From the NCBI GenBank assembly GCA_036172245.1, contig JAYWIR010000011.1, forward strand, positions 1,240,001 through 1,304,000: DNA of 64,000 nt, given 5' to 3'. Numbering within the stretch: position 1 is the stretch's first letter; every line of letters starts with the position of its first letter. This DNA is from Raillietiella orientalis. Lineage: Eukaryota. Both the position numbers and the translations under genes were made by a program. The notes under the pieces were generated by a model. That model saw only the letters and a list, made by a program, of their open reading frames with translations. It was not told the DNA's origin and ran no database searches. This document shows, in pieces, positions 36,217 through 48,814 of this stretch.

Positions 36217-37810
36217 CGTCGTCGTCGTCGTCGTCGTCGCGCCTGCCGTTTCTTTCCCGCGGGTGGCGTTCGAGCGCTGCCTCTGCGGTGAGCGACCGCG
36301 GGGGACCCTCCAGGGCTTTTTAACGGACCGGCCGACTGCCCCGAGGGTCGCCGGTGGCGGGGCGAATGCGGAGCTCCCGAGGTCACGGTCAAGGGAGAAC
36401 CCCCTCTCTCGGCTCGTCAGCGCCAGCGCGGGCGTATCGCCCGCCCTCTTCCCCCCCTCTCTCGCGCCCCCCGGTAGGCAGGAGTCCCGACCAGGAAGAG
36501 GGGCCGTTCGCGGTGATCCGGAAGCGGAGGGACGTGAGTCGAGCGCCCCGCCCTCCTTCCGGGTGCGTGCGAGGGCGCGGAGGTCACCCGATCGGTCGAC
36601 CGCTGGCGTCGAGTAACGGCGAGGTGGCGCGCGCTCTAGTGCTGGTGGGCGTCCGTCTCTCCCTTCCGGGCCTCCCCGACCCCGACTCCTCCCGCTCCCG
36701 CGCGGTCAACGCACGAGCGCCCCGTCGAAGCCGCCGCGAGCGGACCGCGAGACTCCCTCGTCCGGCTCGTTCCGCGCTTGCACGAGCGCGAATTTTCCCG
36801 CCTTCCCACCCCCCTCCTCCTCGGACCCTCCCCCCCTCCTCAGCTTCTCCTGAGGGAAGGTCAGCGCTTTCCCTCCCTCTCCCTCCCCCGTCTTCAGGGT
36901 AAGCGTCCGCACGCTTGGGAGGTGTGGGGGCGATCTATCCCAGAAGAAAGCCACGGGCAAATGGGGAGGGACGGAACCGCGTGTCTCCACTTCGCCTTCC
37001 TCCTGGAAGGCGAGGAGGAAGGAGGGAAATTCGATCGAGAGGGCAGGAGTCAAAGTTCGGAGGAGTGCCGTCGTCCTTCTTCGCTCCCCTTCCTCCCTTC
37101 GGCCCTCGGCTGAGCGTTCCAGAGGAGAGATTGGGGTAATGGAGCTGGGGGTCTCTGCGTGCACGGAGGCTGCCGGAGCTCCCATGATCCTCCCGAGAGA
37201 CGGTCACCCCACATCCAGCAGCCGCCTCCTCTCTCTCCTTTAGCGCGGGTTGTGCACACCGAGGTGTGGAGGATCCTGCGAGTCCAGGAGCGGCAGGGAC
37301 CCCGCGCTCGCGGTTCCCATGGTGACCTCGCTTGAGGCGGCGGCGCGAGGCGCTCCTCGAGGTAAGAGGAGCGAGGAAGGAGCAGATGGAGGAGCTGTCG
37401 GGGTTGCTACGGAACCTGTCCTCCCTCCTCCTCCTCTCCCCCCCTCCTTTTTCCATTCTTCTTTCCCTTCCTTGGATGCCAGGGGGCGGTGCGGCGGAAG
37501 CAGCGCCCGAAGGCGTGAGCAGGTCTGAGGGAATCGACCGAATGGGGAGGAGCGAAGCAGGAGTGTGTAAAGGGGGAGAGGGAGGGGTATCCATAGAATA
37601 GCCGGCGCGCGATTCCACGACCTCTTCCTCCATGTCGGAGAAGGCCTTCCTTTCCTCCAGAGGGACCGCAGTGGTGAGTACGGAGGGACCGGGCAGGGGA
37701 TGGAGAATGCGTCCGGGTCACCTACCACGGGGTTCGACCGTGGTCGGACGCACGTGGCGCCCGAGGGCTCTTCCCTCCAGGCGCTCGGGTGCGCAAGAAA
37801 CATTCGGACG

Positions 37811-37849
37811 GCTCGCAGCCTGCCTGCATGCCGCAGGCAGGCTGCGAGC
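37811..37849. repeat. Perfect 17-bp inverted repeat with 5-nt loop
   Basis: GCTCGCAGCCTGCCTGC-atgcc-GCAGGCAGGCTGCGAGC. Confidence 0.9.
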
Positions 37850-40800
37850 AAACAGCTCTCCTTCCACTCCTCTTCACCTCCCCCCACGGCCTTCCTCGGT
37901 GCTGCCGACGCGGCGCCTCTGCTGAGATGGCGCGGTTCCTCTGCCCCGAGAGAGGCCGTTCCGCCAGCGGCGCGGCCGAGGCTGCTCGTGGCCGGGCGCC
38001 AGCCTTCTCCACGGTGCTTTATGAAAGGCCAAGGAAGGGGACGGGGGTGAAGGAGGAGTCGATCCTCTTGTGGAGGGGTGGGGATGACTCTTTCTGGAGG
38101 GTATGGAGCTGGGAGTCTCCAGGGTTCGGAGGGTGCATCTCCCCGGGCGAGGCTGCTGGAGTGGACTGGAGCTTCCTCTCGGGGTCGAAGGGAAGGGGCG
38201 CGAGAGATACGGACAAGCAGGTTCGGGTGAGACGGGACGCCCAGTTTCCCCCTTCCTTCCGCCCTCCAGGCACGGAGGAGGTGAAAGGACCGCTGTAGGC
38301 GTCTCCGGACGCCCCGCAGCAGGCACTTCTGGAGACACGCCTGAGGCGATGGAAGGACAGTGGACTACCGTACTGCCGGGAGCGGGCCACTCCACCTCCC
38401 CTCTCCTCTCCACCTTCCCTGCGAGGGAAACACACGCAGAAGCACCGCGATCCTTCCCCTACCGCTCTCTACCTGGCGGTCTCCTACTCAGATCTCCCCG
38501 GGGTCCTTTGCTCCTCTCTTTTTCGTTCCTCCCGAGATTCCGCTTGCAAGGGGCGCCGTCGAGCGGCGCTTGGGTAGCGCGCAAGAGGGAAGAAATGTGG
38601 TGCGTCGAGAAGGGAGAAGGAGGAGGAGAGCAATGGAATGTCGGCGGCGATCCGCAGCGCGGCAAATCGATCGCTGGAGTCACCGGCGGCCCAACGGCAG
38701 TCCTGTCGCGCCCGCTCACCCGGCTGGGGCTTTGTCGGGGAGCGCAGCGTGCTTCTCCCCGGAGAACCTCCTCTTCCTCTCCCGCTCTTCCGCCTTCTCC
38801 CTTCCTGCCCCACCCTTTTTTCCTTCGTGGTTTCCCCCTTCGATGAAGCCCCGTCCAGGGCGCTCCGGATGCTCCGTACAAGGACAGGGCTCCTCCTCCT
38901 AGATGGGCGTCGGCTGTTGACAGCCCATCGCGACCGGCCTGCGCGCTTCCTGGAGGGGCCTCAGGGGGGATCTTGTTGTCATCCTGGCGCCTCATGGGTG
39001 GAAAGTTGCCCTCACGGGTCCCCGCGAAGCGAAAAACAAACAGACGCACATCGGCCTGAAAGCTCCGACTCTCAAGCAGGAAGGTCGCGCGCGGAACGCC
39101 CCGCCCGCGAGGAGTGCGGGCGGGGTAAAATGATAACAAACCTAATTTAATTAAATATGAATTTATTATCGAGTTTTATTTTACAACATATATATATATT
39201 GTAAAATCGAAATCTATAATTAATATCTATGTTGTCTGTATATACATTAATTGATTGTATATACATACATATTATATATATACATTAATTATCGAGTCTT
39301 AATGGTCAACACACACATATATTAACCATTAATGAATTATATTATATCTGATATTTTATATAATGTTTATAATAATATCTTAAAAATTTTAGAATATGTT
39401 CAAGAAAAAACCCTAGGCATTTAGATTAATAAAATGAGCAATTAATAATCTATAATATTACAGTAAGGGCATTTGCAATAAACTAAAAAAAAAAAAAAAA
39501 GATGCGCGAGTTTATTAAACACATGAGTAAAGTTTTACTCTTAAAAGTATTTTTGTATTAATCATGAGATCGTATCACATTTTCGTATTAATAATTTCGG
39601 AGTTTATTTAAAATTCAAAAAGTAGTTTAGTGAGAACATTTTGTTTACTACAAAGAGGAGTTTTTGAGAACTATGAACTAATTGTTGAAGGTAATTATTA
39701 AGGGTGATCGTTAAGTTACTAATATTACGGAAACACCAAATTTAGGATCTAGTTATGCCTTGGCAGTTGGTAAATAAATTCTACGTGTGATTTGTCATTG
39801 GTTTACGTAATGGGATGGATAGGAATTTTGATACGTAGTATTGAATTTTAAATATAAAGGAAATTTGAATTGGCAATGCGCAGTAAGGGTTGCCAGTACG
39901 CGTGCCGGCGGTTACCATTTGAATTCGTTGGTGAAAATAGTAGGTTCAATTCATATTATGAAATGTCATATAAAGTGGAGTTAGTTACCCTCGTACAGAC
40001 AATGCAAGAGTTGGGAAAGGGGACTTTTGTGATTTGGCGGGGAGAATTGTCAGGGAAGCTTGCTAAGTAAATGACAATCCTCGAGGAACTCAACTTCTTA
40101 GTGCTTGTATACATCGCTGATTAGATTACTATTCACAAGTGATTAATCTTAATAAAGAGTAATGACGAGTTCTAATCGAGGTGCAGCGTGCGGAAGCGTA
40201 AGAGTGAATCCACAGTCTGTTAAGCTGGGATACGTGAATGTAGTTTAAAAATGTAAAACTACATTACATTGAAAGAGGATCGAACTGCAAGCTTCTTGGG
40301 GGAGAACAGCGGACGACTTCACGGGAGTGGGAAGTCGCCTGTGGCTCCTGGGAACAGTAGGGTTAGATAAGTCCCAAGATGGTGGCTGTACCGGAAGCTG
40401 TATCTAGGCGTGGGGGGTGAGATTTGCCGAGGATCGATTTGGTGATTGATAATCACGGATTGTTTTTCCGTGTTGCGGTATGGAGTTGCGGTGATGAATT
40501 GATTGACTGGTGATGGGGAACCGCATTGAAAAGGAGGTGATTAGAGTGGGAGTGCTAAGAGTAGGGGTGTCTTTTGTTTTGGGGTAAAGTTAATGAAAAG
40601 TGGTGGTATGCATTCGGATGCTAATGAGTGAAATAAGATTGGTGTTGGATGTAGTAAAATATGGTTTTGATCTGGTGGTGATATGCTCATAAATCAACAT
40701 GATTGATGGATGAAAAAATAAGGATAAGTTCCTCTTTTTTTTTTTGCACCTGTGAGATGGTGGACTGGGTCGGTGATGAACTTTCTTGGCGGCTGTTTTA

Positions 40801-42199
40801 GTGCAAAGTTAGGACTGATTTTCAAGGTATTGCATGCATTTAATTAGTAAGAGTTAGGAAAGTAGGAAAGTAGCAAGGTAAGAATGTGATAGGGAGCTTG
40901 GCAAAAATTTATTTGAAAAGCCATTTCCTTATGAGTGATGCACGGTGTGTTAAAAGGAGTGGCTGTGCTAAGGTAGCTAAGATTAGCAAGGGTTTCAGGG
41001 TAGGGTATACAGCATGGGCGTAGGATGTTTTTTGTTGTTGTTGTTCTTGTCTCAGTATGGGCTTATTGGAGGCTATTCACGAGATGGTTATTTATGGGGG
41101 GGGGGGGGGGGAAGAGAGGGGGGATGAAGGGTTTCGTTGTAATGCATATCATCATGTGGTGATGTGCCTCGGTATATCGGCACGATGGGCTGCTGTGTAT
41201 ACGTTGTGGGATTTTGTTGTATTGTGCGTTTTATTTCTTGTTGTGGAGTGGGGGGAGAGCGGTGAGGATGGGGATAGGCGAGTAGGCTGGAAGCAGGCAA
41301 GAATTCCTGTATGAGCGTGCGAATTCTGGGTACTGAAGGATTCTTTCTCGACTCGGAACGGGTTGATTTTATTGGTCTTCGATTTACAACATCGATGGAG
41401 TTTTAAACGAAGCGTTAAGGCTGGAATATGAGGTTATAGGGGGAATGCTATGAAAAGCGGGAAGTGAAAGAGGGATAGGATTTGTCTAAGGGTTAGAAAG
41501 GATGAATGAGGTGGTAGCTTGGGTTCCTAGTCATGTAAAGACGGAAAAGGATATCATTAACGATGAGAGAAGGGCTTTTTGTTTTTTAGGTTTTTTTTTT
41601 TAGGGGAGTAATGGCATGAAGAAGGAAGGGAAGGGGGAGAGCAGCTTGTGAAGTGGAAGGTTGGCCAAAATATAATTCTGAGTAGGCAGGCGATGACTCA
41701 TTCAAGTTTATTAGGTACTGAGCGTATGATGGTGTCAGCGAAAAGGACGTATCATTCGGGTTGGATGGCTAGAGATGAGAAAGTTTTCCTTGGATATGCA
41801 GCTGTATGGAAGAAAAGCGGATGTTAGGAATAGGAGAGTAATGAATGCAAAGATGCTCATCCAGACTTTAATCATGGAGGATGGTCGGCAAAGTCATGTA
41901 TCGAAGTTTCTTTTGGTCTCCAAGGGGTTCGTGAAGAGGTTTTCGTGTACGTGCTGATTGTTGCTAAGAGAGAAGAATAAAATGTAAAGTGGAGAGGGAA
42001 AAATCGGTCAAAGGTAGGGATAGGGGCGAACAAGGTTTCCTCATAAGAATGAAAGAATGTACTGACCCATCAGGGAGATGGCGGAAAATAGTTCGATAAT
42101 GACTGTAGGAGCTCAGAAACCAGTTTATCCTTAGAGGAGAACGTAACCTAGGAACAATGTTGTTATTAGGAGGATGAGAAATAGGAGGCCTGATGTTCA

Positions 42200-42430
42200 G
42201 ACTGTGGTGCTTTTGCGAGGAAAGTGGTATCGTGCGCGGAAGACATGGAGGCAAACTGCTACGAAGAACAGGGAGGCGGCGTTGGCGTGGATGCAACGTG
42301 GGAGGCAACCGTTGTTCGTGTTGTGCCTGAGAGGGGTGAGTGTTGGGTTTGCATTGGCGTGCAGCTATGGGCCTCCGCTCGTAGCACCGAGCATTGTTGG
42401 TTCGAATCCCCACGTGGAGGATCGACGCAG
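42200..42430 (+). mobile_element. Possible decayed retrotransposon C-terminal zinc-finger fragment
   Basis: ECWVCIGV...STEHCWFE resembles the CxxC...HxxxEC motif of non-LTR ORF2. Confidence 0.3.
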
Positions 42431-42579
42431 GGAACGGGGAGTACATCGCGAGCTCCGGGTTGCCTCCCCCCTCCCCCCCGTAAGATGGCTCTGGATGGCC
42501 TTGGTTGGCTTTGGGTGCGGCACTGGGGGAAGTAGCCGGAAACCGGTTGTCCCCGCTGAATGGTTGGGGTTGGAAGTGG

Positions 42580-43070
42580 ACCCTCCGGTGTCCTTCCAGG
42601 AATCAAGGACTGGCCGGTTCCCTCTAGTTGTGAAGACGGAGCTGTCTTTCCCCTCGGGAGGGGACCCTCCATCGCGTACCATGGAGTTGGTTGGTGCTTC
42701 TCTAGAGTGTGAGGAAGTGCGCTGCTCACTTCGGGGAGAGCCCCTCAGAGAAAATGGGGAGCATCCCTTTGGGGACTTCAGAGGAGGGGTCCCCTCTCTC
42801 TTCAGAGGAGAGGTCCTATTCTCTTTAGAGGAGGAAACAAGGAGCGGTTCCTTTGCGGGGGGGGTTTCCTTAGGTTAAGAGATCTGGGATCAGCCCCTTC
42901 CAGGGACCCCTCCGGAGAGAATAAGGAAGAGGAGGTTCCCTTCGGGGTCCTTTCGGAGACAACCAGGTTGGAAGGTTCCCCTCCCCAGGTGTGAGAGGAA
43001 CGGACTCTCCTTCCGCCGGAGCCCTTCCTGGAATCATAGAGTGGTCCCTTCCAGGAGGGAGACCCCTATG
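42580..43070. repeat. GC-rich dispersed non-coding repeat; inverted diverged copy at 51650-51850
   Basis: 42651-42789 aligns to the reverse complement of 51651-51794 (e.g. cttcggggagag..c.tcagagaaaat..ggagcatcccttYgggg). Confidence 0.7.
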
Positions 43071-44457
43071 ACTTGAAGAGTTGACACGCACCCTTGGGCG
43101 GCGTGGAACAGCGTTGAAAAGCTGCGTGCACGCCAGGGGCGCGAAGACTCTTGAGGCACTCGACGAATGACTCCCCCCCTCCCTGCCCCCCCCCCCCAAA
43201 AAAAAAATACGAAAAAGAAAGTAACCGAAAAAATAATTAAAAAGAAAAACGGATGATAGATATGGAAACTTGTGTGGTGGGAGGGGTGTGTTGCATAAAG
43301 ATGGTGATGGCTGCAATTAGTTGGATGATGAGAAGAATTCCTACGAAGAATCTTAGATGTCAATAGAAAGAGGTTTTTGACGACATGGGCGTATCGATTC
43401 TAAGGGGATTTTTTTTTTAAATGAGGTTTGCTATTAATCAAGAGAACAAAGGGAGGGGGGTATCTTGAGCCATAGGATTATATGTGGGGTGATAATCCTT
43501 GTCATTATAGAGATAGCATCCGTGAAATCAGGTCGCGGGGATGTTAGCTGGAGCGAGTGAGATTTCGGAGAAGACGAGCAGGATGAGTAGGAATGAGGGG
43601 GGGGGGGGGGAGGGAAGAGTAAGGGGTTTGGGATTGAACGCGGGCAGTTCATTGTACGTTAGGGATGCTGCGTAAGAGAAGGCGACTAGTGTGCAAGCGA
43701 GGTAGAGGATGGCGGCGCGTCACGATGCCGTGGAAGAAGACTTAATAAGAATGGTGACAGATAAAGAAGCGATAGCGAGTAGAAGGGCTGTGGTCATGGG
43801 ATAGGGCGGATTCGATCATAGTTACGGTTACGCAAGGAGATGGGTTAATGCAAGTTCCGTGTTGTCCCGGGGCGAGTAGGGATCCTGAAGAGCAGCTGCC
43901 CATGAAAATGTCTAGGGGACGAGTGCTTGGGTATCCGATGGGTTCGGTGCCGTGAACGCTGGATCCAGGACTGCAGTCGGGAAGAGAAGAAGTAGAAACG
44001 GTGGTTGTTGTTTCGGCTGGAGTCGCTGCGTGCGAACGAGGACCTTGTTTTGAGGAGTCTATCGAGGCTAGAGATGATCGCGCTGGGTTTCTCTCTGATG
44101 GGGGAGGAGAGTGCAAGGGGAGAACGAATGTGAAATTCCGATCATGATGGTATCCAGGAGTTGCCAAGGGAATCATGGGATTGTGTCTGGATGCACTCGC
44201 CACGCGAGATCATGGCAATGATTGTCATCGGTCTGTAAGTGTTACTGAATATTAAGATTGATTGCATTTTTTCATTGCTGATGACAGTGGGTGTAGGGAT
44301 AAGACTAGAGAGGGGTGATGTGTTGCTAGGGAGCAGTCTTTTTCGCAAATGACGTGGTGGCCGAATGAGGAACAATATTTGGGAGGCGGTGGGGTCGTCG
44401 ATGGAATAAGGTGCTTATTATCGATGGCTGTAGTGTTATTTTTTGTGTATGTTTGTA

Positions 44458-44499
44458 AGGTTGAGTAGGGATGGGTCACCACCCATCCCTACTCAACCT
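44458..44499. repeat. Perfect 19-bp inverted repeat with 4-nt loop
   Basis: AGGTTGAGTAGGGATGGGT-cacc-ACCCATCCCTACTCAACCT. Confidence 0.9.
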
Positions 44500-44842
44500 A
44501 AGGTTGATGTTTGGGGTTGTGAGGGTGATTTTCAGTGTTATGACAATGTATAGATTTTTAAGGGTTGATTTTTTTCCCCATGCTTTATGTATTTTTTGAA
44601 GGTAGGATAATCCCTACAGTGGGGGTGCCGATTGTAACATGGTGAGGTTATCAAAAGGAGCGCTTTGGGGCTGAAGTTTGCATCCCTGCTTACGCAGCTT
44701 CTGGATCTTTGGTTTCTTTTTTTTTTGGTTGGTACAATCCACTTTGTAAGAGATCTGGGATTCGTTGTGAGGGTGGTAGAAGAGAAGCTGGGAGTGGGAG
44801 GTTTTTCACCCAGATTTGCCGAGTCGTCCATAATGTTTGTTT

Positions 44843-45430
44843 CGTGGTAGAACACTTGGTTCTACCACGCTCGGGAGACTTGTCATGAACCGGTACGCAG
44901 GCCGGTGAGTTCCGCTCCAGCGGCGAAAGGGAAGGAAAAAACAAAACAAAAATAACCAAAAAGAATGGAAAAGGGGGGGTTGTTTTTAGGGGAAGGGAGG
45001 GATCACTGTTCGCCTGGATCGGTCCTCGGCATCCTGTTCAGGATGCTGACAAGTGCTGCTTTTAAATTCTTCCGGTGGGGCCATCTTGACACGGTCTCCA
45101 AGAAGATCGTTGTCCAGTGCATGGCGTCCCTGCTGTTTTGCCTTCTTCTTTTGGCGTTCCACGTTGCCGTTCCGATTCCGCGCGTACGCAGCGGAGAACT
45201 GCTAGAGACGCGGTGGGGGTTAGGGCGTCACGCACGAAGAGGGTCGCCTCTAAGGATTTTACGGATCACCGAGAGTCGATCCCAAAGTACACAGAGGGTG
45301 ATGCAGTCTATTAAGAGATGCGGGAAGGTTTCGTTTTCGCCGCACTCTGGAGTGGGAGGTATTTTCTGCGAAATTGGGGTACACTGGTGCTTCCTAAGGC
45401 TCACGTGGGATCTGTTACATGTGGCTCAGT
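44843..45430 (-). mobile_element. 5'-truncated non-LTR retrotransposon copy A (ORF2 C-terminus plus 3' UTR)
   Basis: Minus-strand translation ECGENETFPHLLIDCITLCVLWDRL...WNAKRRRQ...HWTTIFLETVSRWP is homologous to the end of the RT-bearing copy. Confidence 0.7.
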
Positions 45431-45630
45431 GATTCTTGGAAGGTTTATGTTGGTGGTAGTGGGTGGGCAGGGGGAGTATAGGTTAGTGGGGTTATTTAGG
45501 AAATATAGGTATGGGATTATAGGGATTTATTTAATAGTCATAAGGATGATTTTTCACCCGGATATGCCGGGACATTCATTATTAAAATTTTATAAATAAA
45601 ATTTCCTAATAAAGTCTTAAGTTCTTTTTT

Positions 45631-47382
45631 CAGGAAGAACACGTGATTCTGCCTGTCTTGGAACATTTGTCCTTACCGGTCCTTGGGCCGCTGAAGTCCT
45701 CTTCGCTGGCGAAGGGGGAGGGAAAAACATAAAAAAAAAGAAAAACAAAAACAAAAACACGAGGGAAGGGCAATGTTTTCCAGGGAGGGGAGGGAAGGGA
45801 AAGGATCCCAGTTCGCCGAGAGGGGTCCTCTGCATCCGACTTTGGATGTGGACAAATGCCGGTTCTTAGCCGGGGCCATCGGGAAGCCTTCTCCATGGAG
45901 ATGGTTGCCCAGTGAATGACATTCCGGCTGCTGCGGACTCTCCTCGACGCAGTCCATTTGTCCAGGATTCCGCGTATGCAGCAGAGAACTGCAACACACG
46001 CGGCTGCTGGCAGGGCGTTCCGCATGAGGAGGCGACGAAAAATGTCTTTCGGTTCGCCCACCGGAATGTTCAGCATCGACGATGGTCGATTTCACATTGG
46101 GCGGAGGGCAACACACTCGATGATTAGATGCGGGAGGTTTCCCTTTCCCTCAAGCTTGCACAATGGACATCCACAGTCCTTAGTGTCCAGTGGGAGAGAC
46201 GTTTTCTGCAGAGGAGTCCCCAATGCAACACTAGCAACGCCGTCTCCTGCAATCCAGGGGGACGGTGCCGTTGTCCCAACGCGCAGGGGGCCACTCGGCA
46301 TACCTCCTCCGGAGGTGGTAGAAGAGAGCGCAAACACCGGTCTGGACCCGGGGAGCAACAGCAGAAGATCGTCTGCATAGGCCGACACGGAAGGTGCGCC
46401 AGGACACGCTCTCGGCAAGGTCACGAAAGTCTCCCTGTGCTCTCTCAGCACCAGATCGAAGTAGATGTTAAAGAGCAACGGGCTGAGGCTGTCACCCTGC
46501 CTTATGCCTCTCCGAACAGGCAGTCTGTACACGCTTCGAACGCTGAAATCCATACTTCGAAACGCGAAGCGCAAGCAGCAGAGCAGGTAGTCCAGGAACA
46601 GGGCCGGAAATCGCATGCGCTCCAGGAAATCCAGAACGAGATCCTGGTCGACGCACTCGAATGCTTTTCGCAGGAACACTGGTCCAGCCACAGAACGTCT
46701 TTGCAAAAGCTTGTTAATAATGATCACCGCGGCGAAATCTGGGTGAAAATCGACCGCGACTGCAAGGGCTTCGGACGCCGCTTCTCCTCTTCGGCCATCC
46801 CCCCCTTCCCCCGTTCAGAAGAGGATGCAGGATTCTCTTCACACACCTGCGAACCGCGTTGTTGCAGCTGCCAAAAGGTGCCGGCGGGGAACAGGTTTGC
46901 TTCCCCATGGTTCGTCCGGAAACATCGGTGCTCTTCTCCGGACTGTCCACGGGTTTCTCCGTTCGTCCCTATCGCTCATTTCCGAGATTTGCAAGCAGCT
47001 TTGCATCCCCATTTGCACTACAGTCATGTGACGTCAGTTGCCTACGTTGCGCAGACCTCCTCGTTTGGGGAGGAAACGTACTCTAGCTGACCTTAACGAG
47101 TTCGGGACGTCCCAACTCGTTCACGGATCAGCAGCCATACTGCCATTGTGCCAGCAGCCAATTGTGCACCAGGGAGACGAGCTCTGCCACGAAGCATTGA
47201 TTAGACTCCGCAGGCAGGCCATCTTCCCCTCGTGCTTTGCTCTGTTTCCATTTGACGATGGGGGAGACCATCTCTGCCATCGTGAAATCCTGCTGTACGC
47301 TCTTCTGCTCTTCCCCCTCGATGCGGGGGCGCCCTCTGGCAAAGTCGCTCTCGGGTGTTCTCTCTGAGAACACCGGAGTCAT
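45631..47382 (-). mobile_element. Decayed non-LTR retrotransposon (L1/Tx1-like) copy B with reverse transcriptase pseudogene
   Basis: Motifs in order: KARGEDGLPAE, NGDAKLLA, KAFECVD, GIRQGDSLSPLLFNIY, AYADDLLL, then CPLC...HLIIEC. Frameshifts, stops and an apparent internal deletion are present. Confidence 0.88.
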
Positions 47383-47899
47383 AAGGATGGTAGGTAGCGC
47401 AATGAGGGGTTTACTATATTTCCTACAAGTAGATTATTATATGGTCATTATAGCTTGTCCTTGTCATGTGAGGGCAACTGTAGGTGGGAGATTGGTGGTA
47501 GGGGAAATAGGGATGATGGGCGTGTGTTATATTAATAATGGCTCACGGTTATTGTGCCTTGGGGAATTGATGTATGAATGAATGGGGAGGCAATCATCGT
47601 ATTCTAGAGGTGGTATAAATGTGGGGTTTTGTAGATTTGGGGGTGGGAGTCGGTTATAGTTCTGCATTTTATTTAATGTACCATATTCAGCGTCGATGTT
47701 AGGGCTAATATAAGGTTGGAGGTTGTTTTATATATGGGAATAATGGGTGTGGTTCGCGCAGCGATTTATCCGGGTTACATTGATGGTGGGAGTCATAGGA
47801 TGTACGTCCTGGGACTGATGACTGATGGGAAGATGGCTGCAGGGAGGGAGGATGGGCGGTGATGAAAGATTTGCATGTCATTACTGCGTTACTGCTTGT

Positions 47900-48090
47900 C
47901 GGTTCCCAGGTGGGGCTATCTCGCGGAGATCATCAGAAAGAGTTCCGTCCGGTGGATGGCGCCCTGGTAGGGCTGACCTCTTCCTCGCGGCGTTCCACTC
48001 CTCCAGGACGCCCCGCATGCAGCAGATGGTTGCGGTGTCCCGTGACAGCGCTTCCTGCACAGAGGAGCCTCAACACGCTTCTGGAAACGA
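47900..48090 (-). mobile_element. Fragment C of the same non-LTR family (ORF2 C-terminus)
   Basis: Nucleotide similarity to 50027-50215 (atctcgcgg.gatc.tcagaaagagttccgt.cggtggatggc.ccc). Confidence 0.7.
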
Positions 48091-48814
48091 TGTGAATGTC
48101 ATTACTGGGTGCTTAGAATGATGATAACTAATCATTGGTGTCAAAGTAGGTAGTTTTGGCTCTGATCCACACGGTGTCGTTAGCCAGAATGATGGTCAGG
48201 AATGCAGGTCCACCATGCATCACGTGTTGAAGTGGGGTTCATTCGAGTGGATGATGGGATCGGGAGTATTGGAATGGGGCATGACCCTTATTTTGAACTA
48301 CAGGTGTTTGTTATTCGTGGGGTATGTTTCAGTAGCATCTTTGGTAGTCTGTTGGGAAGTTTGGTCTTTTCCTCATCCGGCAGCTGGATGAGGAAAGCTC
48401 TCCATGTTTTTAGGCTCGTGACGGATTGGCTCCTTACGGAGCTATAATTATATTCTGCATGGAGGTATCATGGAGGAGTAATTACGTTTTTGAGTAATCG
48501 TATGGGGGGTAGTGTTTTATTAATGGTGCCGGATGGGGTGTGATTGGAGGGTTCCCAGGATTATGAGCTTTTAGAGAGTGGTAGTTGGCATCTTGAGAGT
48601 GGCTGTGAGAACGGGAATGCTCAAGAGGGCGGCGCAGTTGCCATTTCGGCGCCTTACGGCAGGAGCTACAGCGGCTCCCACGCCAGCGTATCAGCTGTGG
48701 TGCATCTGGCTACTCTGGTTGCTACGTGACGATTCGATACGACGAGGTTTCTTACCCGAATTTTCTGGGGAATTTATTATAAAAATAAATAAATAATAAA
48801 AACGCATTTATGTG

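Noticed and set aside
33900..39150. Many long overlapping ORFs (up to 341 aa) in all six frames
   Set aside because: Expected in very GC-rich DNA; Arg/Pro/Gly-rich translations without domains. Only the spliced model 34760-36216 has coherent signals.
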